Below are positions 12,217 to 24,092 of a DNA stretch of 64,000 bases, piece after piece. The DNA is taken from contig CBFDEM010000029.1 in NCBI GenBank assembly GCA_965603825.1, positions 186,001 through 250,000 of the forward strand. Reading direction: 5' to 3'. Below the pieces are notes generated by a model. It saw nothing but the letters and a program-made list of their open reading frames with translations. It did no database searches and was not told the DNA's origin. The translations under genes were made by a program, and so were the position numbers. Positions within the stretch are counted from its first letter, which is position 1; each line of letters begins with the position of its first letter. The stretch comes from Blepharisma stoltei ATCC 30299. Its lineage: Eukaryota; Protista; Ciliophora.

Positions 12217-12257
12217 TTATTGAAAAAAATGCTTTTCATAAAATTGTTAAATTAAGC

Positions 12258-13499
12258 TTATATTGATTGTACGTTGGAAACAGGCGATGATTCATTCGAA
12301 TCACTATAGCTTGATGGCGTGTCTGGCTTTACTTCATTTAAATTAAGTTTTGGGACGATCCTCGGTCGTGGCACATCTTTAGGTCTGCCACTTACAAGCT
12401 GCTCATCTTCAGACTCTTCTCCTAACTCACTGTTTTCTTCATTTTTATACATTTCATATTTCGATTTCTGCACTTCTCTATCATAAATTTCTTCAACTGG
12501 GTACCCTTTTTTCTTCAGCGCAAGTATCAACTTCAGAAGCTGCTTTTCCTTATACTTATAACTATCAATCTCATTTTTCTGTTTTTGGCATATTTTTGAT
12601 AATGATTTATTTTCATCTATAATTAACCCAACACTTTTATCGTCAAAATCTGGGAAAGACTTTTTTGAAGATTTTTGAAGCTTGTCTTTGAGACGGTTAT
12701 TTTGAATATTGCATTCTTCTAGCATAATTTCCATTTCGTATTTTTCTTTAGAAATCTTTTCTATTCTTTTTTCTAATATCCGCTTTTCTTCAATGCATTT
12801 GCTTAGTCTTCCATTTAGCTCGTTTAGCCGTGAGTTAATATCATTAGCCATTTTTTCGCGGCTCTCTCCAATTACTTCATCATATGCATCCCTTATTTTT
12901 GATAGAAGTGGGCTATATATTGTGTCTTTTTTTATAATTTCTTGGAATAAATCCCGAAATATTTCTAATTTATCTGGTATTCTTTCTGAGTCTTTCAGCG
13001 AAAGTTCTCTTAATTGTTGGCTGAGCCTTCCTTCAAGGATTTGGATTTCAGTTGAAGCCGTGCTTATCCTTGACTGGTATTGCCCAGTTTCTTTATAAGG
13101 ATTATTTTGTGCAGCATTTGCTGTATTATTAAAAGAAAAATTCATACTTTTCACTAGGCTTTTTGAAGCATTTGTAGGGCTTGAGTGATTATTTTCAATT
13201 GATGCAAATAAATTAGAATGTGAAAAAGTCTGGTTTTTTAGTTTAGAAGAAGGATTTGTTTGAAATGAAGCATTTGATGATGATTTTTTCATGCCTGGAG
13301 AGCTGTGGCGCATCTGAATAGGCGAGCTTTCTTTCTTCCTAACTTGGTTTGTTTTTGGCTTTGGATTAGGCTCTGAATAAGGCGAAGGTTTTATTAGTTG
13401 TGGCTTAATAGAAGTAATCGAAGTGTTTACGGGTTTGGAGCTTTGGTATGATGAATAATTAAGTGAAGAAAAAGACGCTGCAGATTTTTGTCTGTTCAT
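12258..13499 (-). CDS. Coiled-coil protein with a TSNAXIP1 N-terminal-like segment
   Basis: LEIFRDLFQEIIKKDTIYSPLLSKIRDAYD followed by coiled coil; first ATG at 13499. Confidence 0.7.
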   Translation of the reverse strand: MNRQKSAASFSSLNYSSYQSSKPVNTSITSIKPQLIKPSPYSEPNPKPKTNQVRKKESSPIQMRHSSPGMKKSSSNASFQTNPSSKLKNQTFSHSNLFASIENNHSSPTNASKSLVKSMNFSFNNTANAAQNNPYKETGQYQSRISTASTEIQILEGRLSQQLRELSLKDSERIPDKLEIFRDLFQEIIKKDTIYSPLLSKIRDAYDEVIGESREKMANDINSRLNELNGRLSKCIEEKRILEKRIEKISKEKYEMEIMLEECNIQNNRLKDKLQKSSKKSFPDFDDKSVGLIIDENKSLSKICQKQKNEIDSYKYKEKQLLKLILALKKKGYPVEEIYDREVQKSKYEMYKNEENSELGEESEDEQLVSGRPKDVPRPRIVPKLNLNEVKPDTPSSYSDSNESSPVSNVQSI

Positions 13500-13604
13500 T
13501 ATTTTAGTTAAATTATGCCTCAAATACAGTTTTTTTTACAAAATGATATAAATTTCAAACTATGAAGAAACGTATTTTGAGCTATACAAAACTCATAATA
13601 TAAT

Positions 13605-15302
13605 TTAAAAATTATTTCCAAAATGTGACAATGTTCTATTTGGTGGCCTTGTTCGCTTGGCAAAGTGGATGTTGTGACTGTTTCTTCGCTTACTAGAAAC
13701 CTTTTGTGGGTCTCATAAAGTGTCATATATTGGGAATGAGTTCAGAGAAAAAATGCTGATTGAGTTTTCAGCTAAACTACCTCGAAGTTTCCTATTTATT
13801 AATGTAGATGCATTTTTGTTAGGAGTTAGAGGAGGAGTTTTCTTATGAAAAGTCACATCTATAGTAGTATCATACTGTAATACTTCTGAGCAGCATGGGC
13901 GCTGAGAAGAACTTGCTGGCCTTCTCTTAAGGCGTGATGATTTTTCTTCCAAGTTAAAAGCAGCCATTTCTATAAAATTCCTATTATTTCTTTGGGTTTG
14001 TAAAGCCCTCAATGTGTTCGCCAATGAGCTTGACTCAGGTCTCGAACTATTTGTAGTTTTTTGCAAATTCAGCTTAATATCTTGAATAATTGGCTCGCTT
14101 TTATCACTTTTAATTGGTGAAGTCGTTTTTTCTCTTTTTATTAGCTCTTTTTCAGTAGTTTTAAATAAAAATGAATTCTTTACATGGTCATACATTTTTC
14201 TAAAATTTGTTCTTGCTAAAGGTGAAATGTCTTCTTTTGATAAACTTTGTGAGGCTTCTTCGTCAAGCTTTTTAGGCGATATAATAAATTGTGTTACTTC
14301 TTCAGTGATATTTTGTATTTGTTTAGTTCTATAGTCAGTTTTAATTTCATTTCTGTTTTTAATAATTTTTCAGGAATCTTCACTAGTGACTCTCCTGACA
14401 AAATCCGTTGCAGATATAGCAAGTACGGTAGCTTGCAAAGAGTAGCAAATGCAAGTAGTGTTTCTTTTGGTTCTGTTTATAACTTCTTCTTCTCCAAAAA
14501 ATTCTCCCTTGCCCAAAATCGCAACTTCTGCTCGATGTTGTTGGGCTTTTTTAGGTATTAAAATTCTTCGGAATTTTTTTTCGTTGGAATGATCTTGGTC
14601 TATTGGAATTTTTTTAATAAATTGAAACTCTCCTTCCCTTATTAAGTAGACTTCATTAGCTTCTTCTCCTTCTTTGTATATAACATGCTTTCTGTAAAAA
14701 GATTTTTCTTCAAAGAAAAAGCTTAATTTAGTGAGAGATCCTCTTGTTCACCTATGGAAAATTGGTAAAGTTTTCAAATAGTTCACTATTTCCTGTTTCT
14801 TTTCATTCATCAATTTTGATAAAATTCTTTGATAATTTATTTTATCAAGAACAGCAAAATGAGAAGCCTCTTTGCATTGGATTGAAGCAGCCCTAGGTTT
14901 TTTCTCTAATAATGCAAGCTCCCCAAAGCTAGCTCCGTCTTTTAAGACAAGAACTTCTTGATAGTCATATTGTTCTGTTTCTTCATTCATAAAAGGGACT
15001 TGCACACCAACACTACCAAACAAAAGAATATAGAATTTGTTTCCTTTGTCTCCGTAATGAAAAACATATTCATTTGCTGGGAAAAATTCATATGACATGC
15101 ACAAGCAGCATTCCCTATGTATTATGCTTGAAGAATCCGCAGTTAATGATTTAAAAAATTTCACATTTACAGTGAAACCCATAATTTTGTTTATATCTTC
15201 AGCAGTTCTTGATTCTGGAGATTTTTCAAGAATTGTTTTGAGGTCGTTGATTAAGGACTGATTTTCTTTTGATAAATTTGTTTCAGTTTGAGGCTCATCC
15301 AT
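13605..15302 (-). CDS. Protein with two cyclic-nucleotide-binding domains
   Basis: GDKGNKFYIL..GASFGELAL..PRAASI and GEEANEVYLIREGEF..GEFFGEEE; TGA=Trp joins ORFs 14748 and 13713; TAA ends at 13605. Confidence 0.85.
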
Positions 15303-15377
15303 GCTAAGAGAAACAATTTTTTAATAAAATTTATTAGGAGTGAAATTAAATCAAATCCAAAAATTTTTTTGGAAAAA

Positions 15378-16286
15378 TTATGGGGAGTGTTTTCTTTGCA
15401 GTGAAGTAGGTTTAGAAACATAATTCCGCTTGGGGAACGTGTAATGTCTAGTATTATTCCTTATTGGTTGAGTCGGAGAAAGGCCTTCTGCTGGCTGAAA
15501 TATATTAATTTCTTTAGTACCCATATATGAATTTGTTTTAGGCTTAAGTCGTAGTGGGTTGTATTTTTTGAGAAAGAAAGATTTTGCTTTGAATTTTATT
15601 CATATTTGCTGTAGTGACTCAAAAGCTTTGGCTCTTAAAGTATCTTTTTGGAGTTCGAAATACTGAAATATCTTTTTCATATGAATTTTCAGAATTATAG
15701 TTTTATATTCTGACCTTATTTTATATCCCCTATAAAATTTTTGGATTGTAATTGCAGCCTTCTTTTTTGCATCGAATATGCTTTTTAAAAGCTTCTGCTT
15801 TTTAAATTTCTTCCAATTTCGCTGTATAAAGCTAGCAGCCATATGATTTTTCAGTTTAATTTCTCTAATTTTTCGATTAATTATAGTCTTTTTCCACCAA
15901 TTCGAAATATATTTTACAGCTCTGTACTTTCTTTTCATTTGAAAAATCATATAGCCTTTATCTCAAATTTCATCAATATTTGAAGATCTTACGAATATCC
16001 TTGATAATTTTATTCCTAAAACGTTTTCGATATGCTTAGCCAAAATATCTTTTTCTTGCCTTTTTTGTAATTTTCTATTAATGATTTCTTCTTTTTCTTT
16101 AAGCTTTTTCAATTTAATTTCATTTGAAATTAAACTACTTCTCTTATTCAGAAGCAGCTGTACTGACCTATTTATGAGTCTATGATGAAAATTCCGAGAT
16201 TCAGACCTCACTGACTCAATTGATGAGTTTCTTTTGCCTGCTGATCATAATGATGGACTTAAAAGCGATTGGTTTTCAATCGACAT
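15378..16286 (-). CDS. IQ-motif (calmodulin-binding) basic protein
   Basis: AASFIQRNWKK and AAITIQKFYRGYKIR; single frame with three TGA=Trp. Confidence 0.75.
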
Positions 16287-16367
16287 TAAATATGCTAAGC
16301 AAATATATAAAAATTTTGAACATTATCATTTGCATTGGTAATTATGATAGTGCAAAAATAACTTAAA

Positions 16368-17321
16368 ATGGCTGATAGACTTTCTTTAGATCATATAGAT
16401 ATACTTCAAACTCTAGGGACAGGGACATATGGAAGGGTTCGCTTAGCCTACATGAGAGACAGAAATCAATTTATCGCATTAAAGATATTGAAAAAACTCG
16501 AAATAATTCGCCATAAGCAAGTTGACCATGTAATCTCTGAGCATTCAATTTTGCAAATGATTAATCATCCATTTTTAGTCAATTTATTAGGATTCACTCA
16601 AGATAATCGCTATCTTTACTTTGCCCTTGAATATGTTCCTGGAGGCGAACTATTCAGCTACCTCCGAAATTTAGGCAAAATTGATAACGTGCAAACACGA
16701 TTCTATGCAGCACAGATGACCTTAATGTTTGAATATTTACACTCCTTAAATATAGTGTATAGAGACTTAAAACCAGAAAATCTCCTTATTGCACCAGATG
16801 GTTATTTAAAACTTACTGATTTTGGGTTTTCCAAAGTAGTGGAAGGACGCACATACACTCTTTGTGGAACCCCTGAGTACTTTGCTCCTGAAATTTTGCT
16901 TAATAAAGGACACGGAAAGCCAGTTGATTGATGGACATTAGGGATAATTATTTATGAAATGCTAGCTGGGATAGATCCTTTTAATGATGAAGACCCAATG
17001 GTTGTTTATCAAAAAATATTAAAAGGCAAAATAAAATTTCCAAGAGGATTTGATAAAGGCGCCAAAAGTCTAGTGAAACATTTGTTGGTTGCAGATTTGA
17101 CGAAAAGATATGGAAATATGAGAGGAGGAGTCAATGATATTAAAAATCATAAATGGTTTGCATCTATTGATTGATATAAGCTGAGACAAAGAGAAATTGA
17201 AATGCCGTATAGACCCTTTGTGCATTCTCCAGATGATACCTCGAATTTTTCAAATTATCCTGATTCAGCGACCCAAACAAGTTCTATAAGTCCAAGAGAT
17301 GATCCTTTCCTGGAATGGTAA
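16368..17321 (+). CDS. PKA-C: cAMP-dependent protein kinase catalytic subunit
   Basis: GTGTYG, YRDLKPEN, DFG, TLCGTPEY, VD-W(TGA)-W, C-terminal DPFLEW then TAA. Confidence 0.95.
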
Positions 17322-17453
17322 TACTCACAAGATATAATAATATGATAGTTGCAACTAAACCCCTCTTTTAACATGCTAGACACTTTTGTTATATTTATGA
17401 TTATTTAATATGAATTTATTAATTTCTAATTATTATAATTAAACAGGCTGCAC

Positions 17454-18545
17454 ATGAAGTTACTTATTTTGGCCAGTTTTGCCATTTCACTAGCATTCTC
17501 TGAAATTTCAGTCTCAAAAACCTGCACACAATACCTATGCAAGCCAGATTCAATCGATTTTCCAAGCGAGTCCACTTGTCTTTATTTTGAAAATTTCACT
17601 TACTACTCTCGAAGCTGTGACAATTCTGAATATTATTGTGATGCATCCACAGTTTCTGACACTCATTATGGTTACTGCGTTCATGTAAACGACACCCATA
17701 TTCCTCATACTTTTCTTCCTGGTGAAGACTGCCATTTTGATGATGACTGCTTTGAAGAAAATAGCTGCATTGACGGTAAATGCAAAGGTTTAGAAAAAAA
17801 TGAAAATTGCACATATCATGAGGAATGCGATGTTGGGTTGTATTGCAATGAAACGTGCAAGTCTCAGATTGCTTTAGGAAGGGTAGGATGTTTTAATGAT
17901 TACCAATGCTCGAATACAGGCGGATGTGTAGTTAATTCTCTGACTGATTCAAGTTTAAATGTGTGTGTTCCTTATTTTACTATGAGAAATTATACAGTAG
18001 ATTTAGGGTGCAGCGACAGCGGGGGAATTAATTTGATATGCGACTCTGGATTTTGTTTAAATAATGCTGGAAAAAGTATGTGCTACCCTATTCCAACTTC
18101 GAGTGCTAGTATTCCGGTGGAATGCTCAAGCAACTCACAGTGTGTAAGCCAAGCTTTTGGTAACGATAAATTGGTGTTTACTCAACAATGCACATGCGGA
18201 TATAATAGCAATGGTCAAAGCTATTGTCCTTTGTTCTTGGGAGACTCTTTGTGAAAAAGATATTTTAAAATCCTTAAAAAGTGGATTGATAGTGATCAGT
18301 CATTAAATTGCAACACAGCTTCAAGAAATAGCTATAATTGTATGAAAAATTATTGGAATCAAGACGATTTGGATGAACTAGCTTATTTTGAGGCATATGC
18401 ATCAAATTATCCAATAATTTATAGCATAGAGAGTTGCACTATGAATGTGTTTTTCCCTTCTATTGAAGATATTATCAATAATTATAACAATATGGATTCT
18501 GGGGTTGAGAAGATTGTTACTTTTATTATTTTAGGATTCATTTAG
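17454..18545 (+). CDS. Cys-rich secreted/surface (possibly GPI-anchored) protein
   Basis: Signal peptide, repeated C-x4/5-C units, CTCGYNSNGQSYCPLFLGD, hydrophobic tail; TGA at 18252 read as Trp. Confidence 0.8.
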
Positions 18546-18667
18546 AGATTTTTATATTATAATAAATTAGGTTGCCAATGAAATAGGTTTTATAAGTAAA
18601 ATCTTATATTAATTAATCAATATTCACATTAAGCTGCTTATTTAATTAAATTATGTATCTTGTAACC

Positions 18668-19657
18668 TTATCTAAAGGTCATCCCACCATTAAAAAATCT
18701 CTCTCTAACCATTTCTTCTTGTATAGCTTTAGCTTCGCTCAACCTTTCATCATTTCTTTTTATTAAATCCGCAATTTTTTTCTTATCTCTTTCATAAGTC
18801 CCACTCAATTCTAATTCCTTGATTTTTTGTTTTAATTCAGCTTCCTCTTTTTCTAGTGTGACAATCATATGGCTTATTTCATCTAACTGTGAATTTTTAT
18901 TGCTTTCACGAGAGGTCTTTGGAGAAGGCATCCTTAGGCTTCTTTTAAGAGATTTTCTTTTTTTCTCTTTTGGAGATGCATGCTTAGCCCTAAGTTCATG
19001 TTTTGGACTTGCAATTGTTTTTGATGCAACCCTATTGCCATCCATTTGCAATTTTAATGAAAATATCTGGCTTTCTTTTTTTCTTAACGATTGAATATAA
19101 GTTTGTTCATTTTCTTCGATTTTTTTTTTAAATGACTCTATTTGATTCTCATTTTTCTGCTTCAACTCTTTATAAGCCTGCTGCATTTCTTGCAGCTGCT
19201 TCGTAACTGCAAAACTTTCTTCTTTAAGCTGCTTTCTTTCATGATTCATTCTATTCTGAAGATCCCTAATTTCTTTTTCCCATGCAAATTTTTCTTTTGC
19301 ATGATTCTCAATGTGCATCTCTTTTTCTTTTTTCAAGATTTCTAATTGAGCACTAAAATAATTCCTTTCTGCCCTCACTTTATTAAGCTCTTTTTCCATT
19401 TCTTGGATTTCAGCTTCAAGAGATTTAAGCGTGCGTTTTACTTCAGTGTCTTTATTTGTTGTAATGCGAGCGTATTTTCCATTATATTCTTCGTCTGAAA
19501 TTAGTTCTGGATAGAATTTATTTGTAGGGGATTCATTTAGAAGGGATGTATAATCTCGGCCAGGTGATGGTGTACGAGCTTTTGATGTGGAGGTATCAAG
19601 TGGGTTTTGATAATTCATTCTAGATCCGGTATTTGACATATGTGCTGAAAATGACAT
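18668..19657 (-). CDS. Hypothetical coiled-coil protein
   Basis: 329-aa ORF with E/K-rich heptads. Confidence 0.75.
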   Translation of the reverse strand: MSFSAHMSNTGSRMNYQNPLDTSTSKARTPSPGRDYTSLLNESPTNKFYPELISDEEYNGKYARITTNKDTEVKRTLKSLEAEIQEMEKELNKVRAERNYFSAQLEILKKEKEMHIENHAKEKFAWEKEIRDLQNRMNHERKQLKEESFAVTKQLQEMQQAYKELKQKNENQIESFKKKIEENEQTYIQSLRKKESQIFSLKLQMDGNRVASKTIASPKHELRAKHASPKEKKRKSLKRSLRMPSPKTSRESNKNSQLDEISHMIVTLEKEEAELKQKIKELELSGTYERDKKKIADLIKRNDERLSEAKAIQEEMVRERFFNGGMTFR

Positions 19658-19806
19658 CCTTATTTATTTGAAAACTGAATATTAAAAAACATTAATATTT
19701 TAATTATGCATTTTAAGGTTGATTTTGGAATTATAAATATTTAGTGTTGGAAATTGAAACTATAGATCACAAAAATAATTTTTATTATAGCAAAATATAA
19801 TAAATT

Positions 19807-20679
19807 ATGAAATCATACTCTACTTTACCTATTTTAGTCTCTCGCTACATAGAAATCAAGAAATTATCAAAAGCCCCTTCATATGCTCCATTTGAAGTTG
19901 AAGACAACCCTCTTCTAGACGCTTCCTTGCCCGCTGACGATCCTTGCACAATTCCATTTAATGTGTTTTATTCTGGCGAATACATATCAGACGGCTTTTA
20001 CACCGCATGAGTACATGTCCAGCCTCCTCTCGAAATCCCAAGACTTTCCATAATAAAAGTCTGCCATTGGAGCCTTGACTTAGAACCCAAGCTGATTTTC
20101 AATATAAAAAAGGTCAAAATTATCTCAAACGCATGCACAGAAAAGTCTTTCCCAACAATCCCAATTGAGCGAAATCCAAGAGTATCAGATTTTCTTCATT
20201 TGTTACACTATATGAATATTAAAGAAAAAGCAAAGCAAATCCCATGCGAACCGTCTGATCAATTTGGACATAAAAACGTGTCTTCTTCTTTTATGTCAGA
20301 CGCACCAGATTCGCAGCAGTCTTTTGAAGAAATTGAAAGGCCTGTTATCAGCAATATAAAACCAGTCACAATTGGCACAGGACAATTAAGCAAAACTAAG
20401 GCAGACTCATTTAAACAATCTCGTGTTGTGAAGACTCCACAAGGCTCACAAGATGATTTAATTTCTACATTAAACAGACAAAGATCAGCAGAAAAGCCAA
20501 CAGTTCCAGCAGCATCTTTTATAAATACTCCAGCAGCCCCTAAAGTGCTGCCTTGAAGCACAAAACCGCAGTCTGAAAAAGTTCCGGAAAATCCTATAGA
20601 GTCTGCTATAAAAGAAATTGGTATGGAAAAATTCCCATTTTGGGCGTTAGAATACTTGAGCATAGTTTATAAGCAGTAA
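19807..20679 (+). CDS. Hypothetical protein with a candidate N-terminal OB fold (TEBP-beta/TPP1 or RPA70N-like)
   Basis: Single frame with TGA at 20008 and 20554, TAA at 20677; YISDGFYT..SIIKVCHWSLDL..KLIF motif pattern. The ORF is solid; the function is tentative. Confidence 0.6.
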
Positions 20680-21159
20680 TTAAATAATTGATGGTTTACA
20701 TATAAAAATATGAATATGAACAAAAGAAACATTAATAGAAGAAGCAGAACTCCAGAACTCGGATAAATTGGACATGCTTATAAATGGCTTGATAAGTGGC
20801 ATAAAGTAAATAAACAAGATGATTTAGAGACTGAAGTTAAGTTCTTAAAAATGATAAATTTGGCATTAAAAATTAGGGTAATAAATTTAATTTACAAACT
20901 ATGATATAATTTTTATTTTTCAATATATGAGTTGCAAAAAAAGCAGAAAAAATAGAAGAGAAGAAATAGAGATTCAATGAATCAGCTTAAGTGTGAGCTC
21001 ATAGAGGACAGTTTACTAATAGCTTATTTATGAAATTTTAGAGATGAGTCTGATTACTATAAGAATAAAAAAATGGTTACAATAAATAAAAGTTTCTGTT
21101 TCAACAAATATTTCATATAAGGAATTTTATATTGAAATTAGATTAAAATTACTTTTGCC

Positions 21160-21984
21160 TTAATAAGTAAGCTTTATTTGTTCGTAAAGCGTCCATACCA
21201 AGGGAAAAGAGAAGATACGTTTCATTATCCTTGGCATAATCCCTCTTAAAAATCCAGTCATTCCTTCATCATAATAAATTTCTTTAATTCCCAAAATTAC
21301 TCCAGTGTAATGATATTTTTGGTTTTCTGCAAACTTCCCAAACTGAATTCTTGTTTTAATGACATCAAATGGGTGTGTAAGAATAGTTGCAGACAAGCCA
21401 GCTGCAACCCCAGCAGCAAGTGTGATAGCCTTATAAGTTCGATCTAATTCTGTTAATTGTGAAAAATACTTTATATACAATTCATAAAATTCATACCCAA
21501 CGAAGGAGTATGGGACATCTCGGATTAATGCAGGCGTTAATCCTTGATAGAATCCCCTGACTCCTTCTTCAGAATAGATACGTTTTGCAGCATGCCAAAT
21601 GCCTTTATATTCTTGACAATTTGGGGCTTCCATTCTTACTTTAATAAGTGTCATTGGCAAGCACAAAGTAGTTATTGAGGCTTTTGCAAATCCAGATGAC
21701 ATCCCATTTGCGACTGTAAATGAATCTCCAAGTAATCTTTTAAATTCTTCCAATAAGAAAAAATATGATCCCGAACCCATTAAAGCTCTACCCACTGCAG
21801 GCGTTGATCCTCTCCAAAACCCTTTCATTCCGTATTTTGCTAGAACTAATTTCACTCCTTGAATAATTGCATGCGACTTATGTTGGCTTACGATAAGATG
21901 AGTTTTTATAACATCCAATGGCTGTAGAGTTAATGCTGTCGTCACTCCTGCAAAGGCTCCTGCCCTCCAACTTTCATTTACCAT
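21160..21984 (-). CDS. Mitochondrial carrier, SLC25A38/Hem25 (glycine carrier)-like
   Basis: PLDVIKT, PMTLIKVR, PFDVIKTR signatures; RDVPYS and PRIMKR contact motifs. Confidence 0.85.
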   Translation of the reverse strand: MVNESWRAGAFAGVTTALTLQPLDVIKTHLIVSQHKSHAIIQGVKLVLAKYGMKGFWRGSTPAVGRALMGSGSYFFLLEEFKRLLGDSFTVANGMSSGFAKASITTLCLPMTLIKVRMEAPNCQEYKGIWHAAKRIYSEEGVRGFYQGLTPALIRDVPYSFVGYEFYELYIKYFSQLTELDRTYKAITLAAGVAAGLSATILTHPFDVIKTRIQFGKFAENQKYHYTGVILGIKEIYYDEGMTGFLRGIMPRIMKRIFSFPLVWTLYEQIKLTY

Positions 21985-22441
21985 TTTGCGTATTTTATAA
22001 GAAACTTAATGCGTCATTAGATACATATTCGTTTAAATTAATTTTAAGATAAATACCGCTTACTTAGCTATTCATATTATCTCATTGTTTAACTGACTTG
22101 GACGACCCACTTATTGGATGTCTGACACCGTTTGGCTTTGTTCTGCTATCCTTTCGATTCGTATTCTGATTTTGACGACTAAGATAAATATCATATTACC
22201 TAAAATTTCAATGAAAGGTCGATAAAAACATTATAGTAGGTTTAATTGGCAATTAGATTCAATATTTTTTGAGAATTTTGGATATGAATTTATTTAGTAG
22301 TTCTGTGCTCAGATGGAGGTAAAGGGCATAAAAGTCTTTATAGAGTTAAATAAATAAAGTGCTTAATATCATAAATTTACATATAGTTTTGTTTTTATAT
22401 AATTATTACCTAAAAATGAGAATTTCATGCCTATAAAAATT

Positions 22442-22735
22442 ATGGGACGAAAATCTAAAAAAAGAAGAAGCAGATCCCGATCCCCAGCTCGCTTAAAAGT
22501 TGAGAAAACAGAGAATGATAAAGAAAGCGGGTCAACTGAAAATAACAGTGAAGATGAAATGATTTCAAAGATCATGGGTTTTCATTCTTTTACCTCTTCA
22601 AAAAATCAAGATCACACAGAATCTGCTGTCGAATATTGCTCCAGGCATTCGAAATCAAAAAGAAAATACAGAACATTTTTGAACAACCGAAGAAAACCAA
22701 GAGAAGGGCTCAATAAACTGATTGAAGAGATGTAA
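22442..22735 (+). CDS. SNRNP27: U4/U6.U5 tri-snRNP 27-kDa protein-like
   Basis: RSRSRSP tract, then KIMGFHSFTSSK..KRKYRTFLN; the start could alternatively be 22427. Confidence 0.7.
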   Translation: MGRKSKKRRSRSRSPARLKVEKTENDKESGSTENNSEDEMISKIMGFHSFTSSKNQDHTESAVEYCSRHSKSKRKYRTFLNNRRKPREGLNKLIEEM

Positions 22736-22798
22736 GCAAGCTTAAGTTACAAATTACTAAGTTATTATCATGCTCGTCAAAACTTTTAAATATTGTGA

Positions 22799-23737
22799 TT
22801 AAAGAGCTTTGAATAATGGATTTATAGTAAAATACATCACTTTTGGGTCAATATTTGCAATCAAAATTCCTGATTTATAAAGTTCCATTGACACAAGTGG
22901 CTTAGGAAGAGGATTCGTCCAAGTATCTATTAAATCCCCATCAAGTCTGAATTGGTTAATTTTTCCATCTTTGCCACATGAGAAAATGGTATCACCAATA
23001 AATTTCACCGATTCAACTGCTTGTTCGTGGCCTTTCAAAGTTTTTAATTCTTCATTTTTTCTTCTATCCCAAATTTTAGCTTCGCACCCTTGTGAATCAA
23101 ACCCTCTATGCCCAGTTACAATATAATCCCCTTTAACATCGCAACAAGTTGCAAAATTATCGCCTACAGAAATCACGCTTGACCTCAAAATTTTTCTCTC
23201 TCTTAGATCCCATATTCTGAGCCTTAAATCTTCACTTGTTTGGATTACTAATGGCTCCTGTGGTACCCACTTTACGCTTGTAATTACATTTCAATTGATG
23301 ATGTTTTTATCAATTTCTTGCTGAGAGTTCAAATCTCATAGCCTTAAACTTCAATCTCCAGATCCTGATATCGCCAAATTATTTGATAAAGCTAAAGCGT
23401 TTACGGGCCTCTCGTGGCCTAAAAGTTTTCCAATTGAGTTTCCATTTTCATTGAAAATTTCAATTGATTTTCCTCCACATGCAACGATTCCGTCTTTGCT
23501 GCAAAGAGTTTTGACACGCTCTTGGGTTTCCCATGACCGAAATATAGCTCATTCTTTATATATGGAAATTAAAAACTCTTGCCCGAGTATTCAAATATCG
23601 TCTTCAACTCCTTTTTGAAGACCTGTTATAAAATCATCGCAAGGTAATTGGATGCCGTCAGGTCTTAAAGTTGGAATGTCTTCTTCTTCATATTTTTTGG
23701 AATCTCCTGATTTTCTAGCTTTCCAGCAATTGCCCAT
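22799..23737 (-). CDS. WD40 protein, WDR31-like, with an N-terminal MGNC acylation motif
   Basis: GHERPVNAL..SGSGDWSLRLWD..QTSEDLRLRIWD..GFDSQGCEAKIWD; five TGA=Trp codons. Confidence 0.8.
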
Positions 23738-24092
23738 GCTAAAGTGATTAGTTTTATTATCGTTTATTATTAAAGTTTCAATATAAATTTTCGAAAATGC
23801 AAAATAATTTTAGATTAATTGGAATGCTTTCTTCATGATTATAATTAGGTTTTTATTTAAAAATAGAGAAATTAATTAGAAATTGGATTTGCATAGAAAG
23901 ATTGTTCCTATAATTCTATTTGCATTTTATATTGCAATAGGAGAAATATTAAAATAATTATAATGAAGTTAATCATTTATTCTGGCAAAATAGGTGAATA
24001 CTTTCAAAAAATTGAAGTAGAAATATAAATGTCATATACAACAAGTTGCCTTAAAACTCTTTAAATCTTTCATTTTAATTTATGATTATTTC

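Noticed and set aside
20710-21120. Long, mostly open plus-strand frame (about 135 codons with one TAA and one TAG)
   Set aside because: There is no recognisable motif and no 15-nt intron that removes the stops; it may be a remnant but cannot be supported
22081-22180. Relatively GC-rich intergenic patch with three CTGA motifs (possible C/D snoRNA) and a short stretch resembling LSU rRNA antisense (ttctgctatcct)
   Set aside because: There is no convincing RUGAUGA C box or terminal stem; it cannot be supported without snoscan or Infernal
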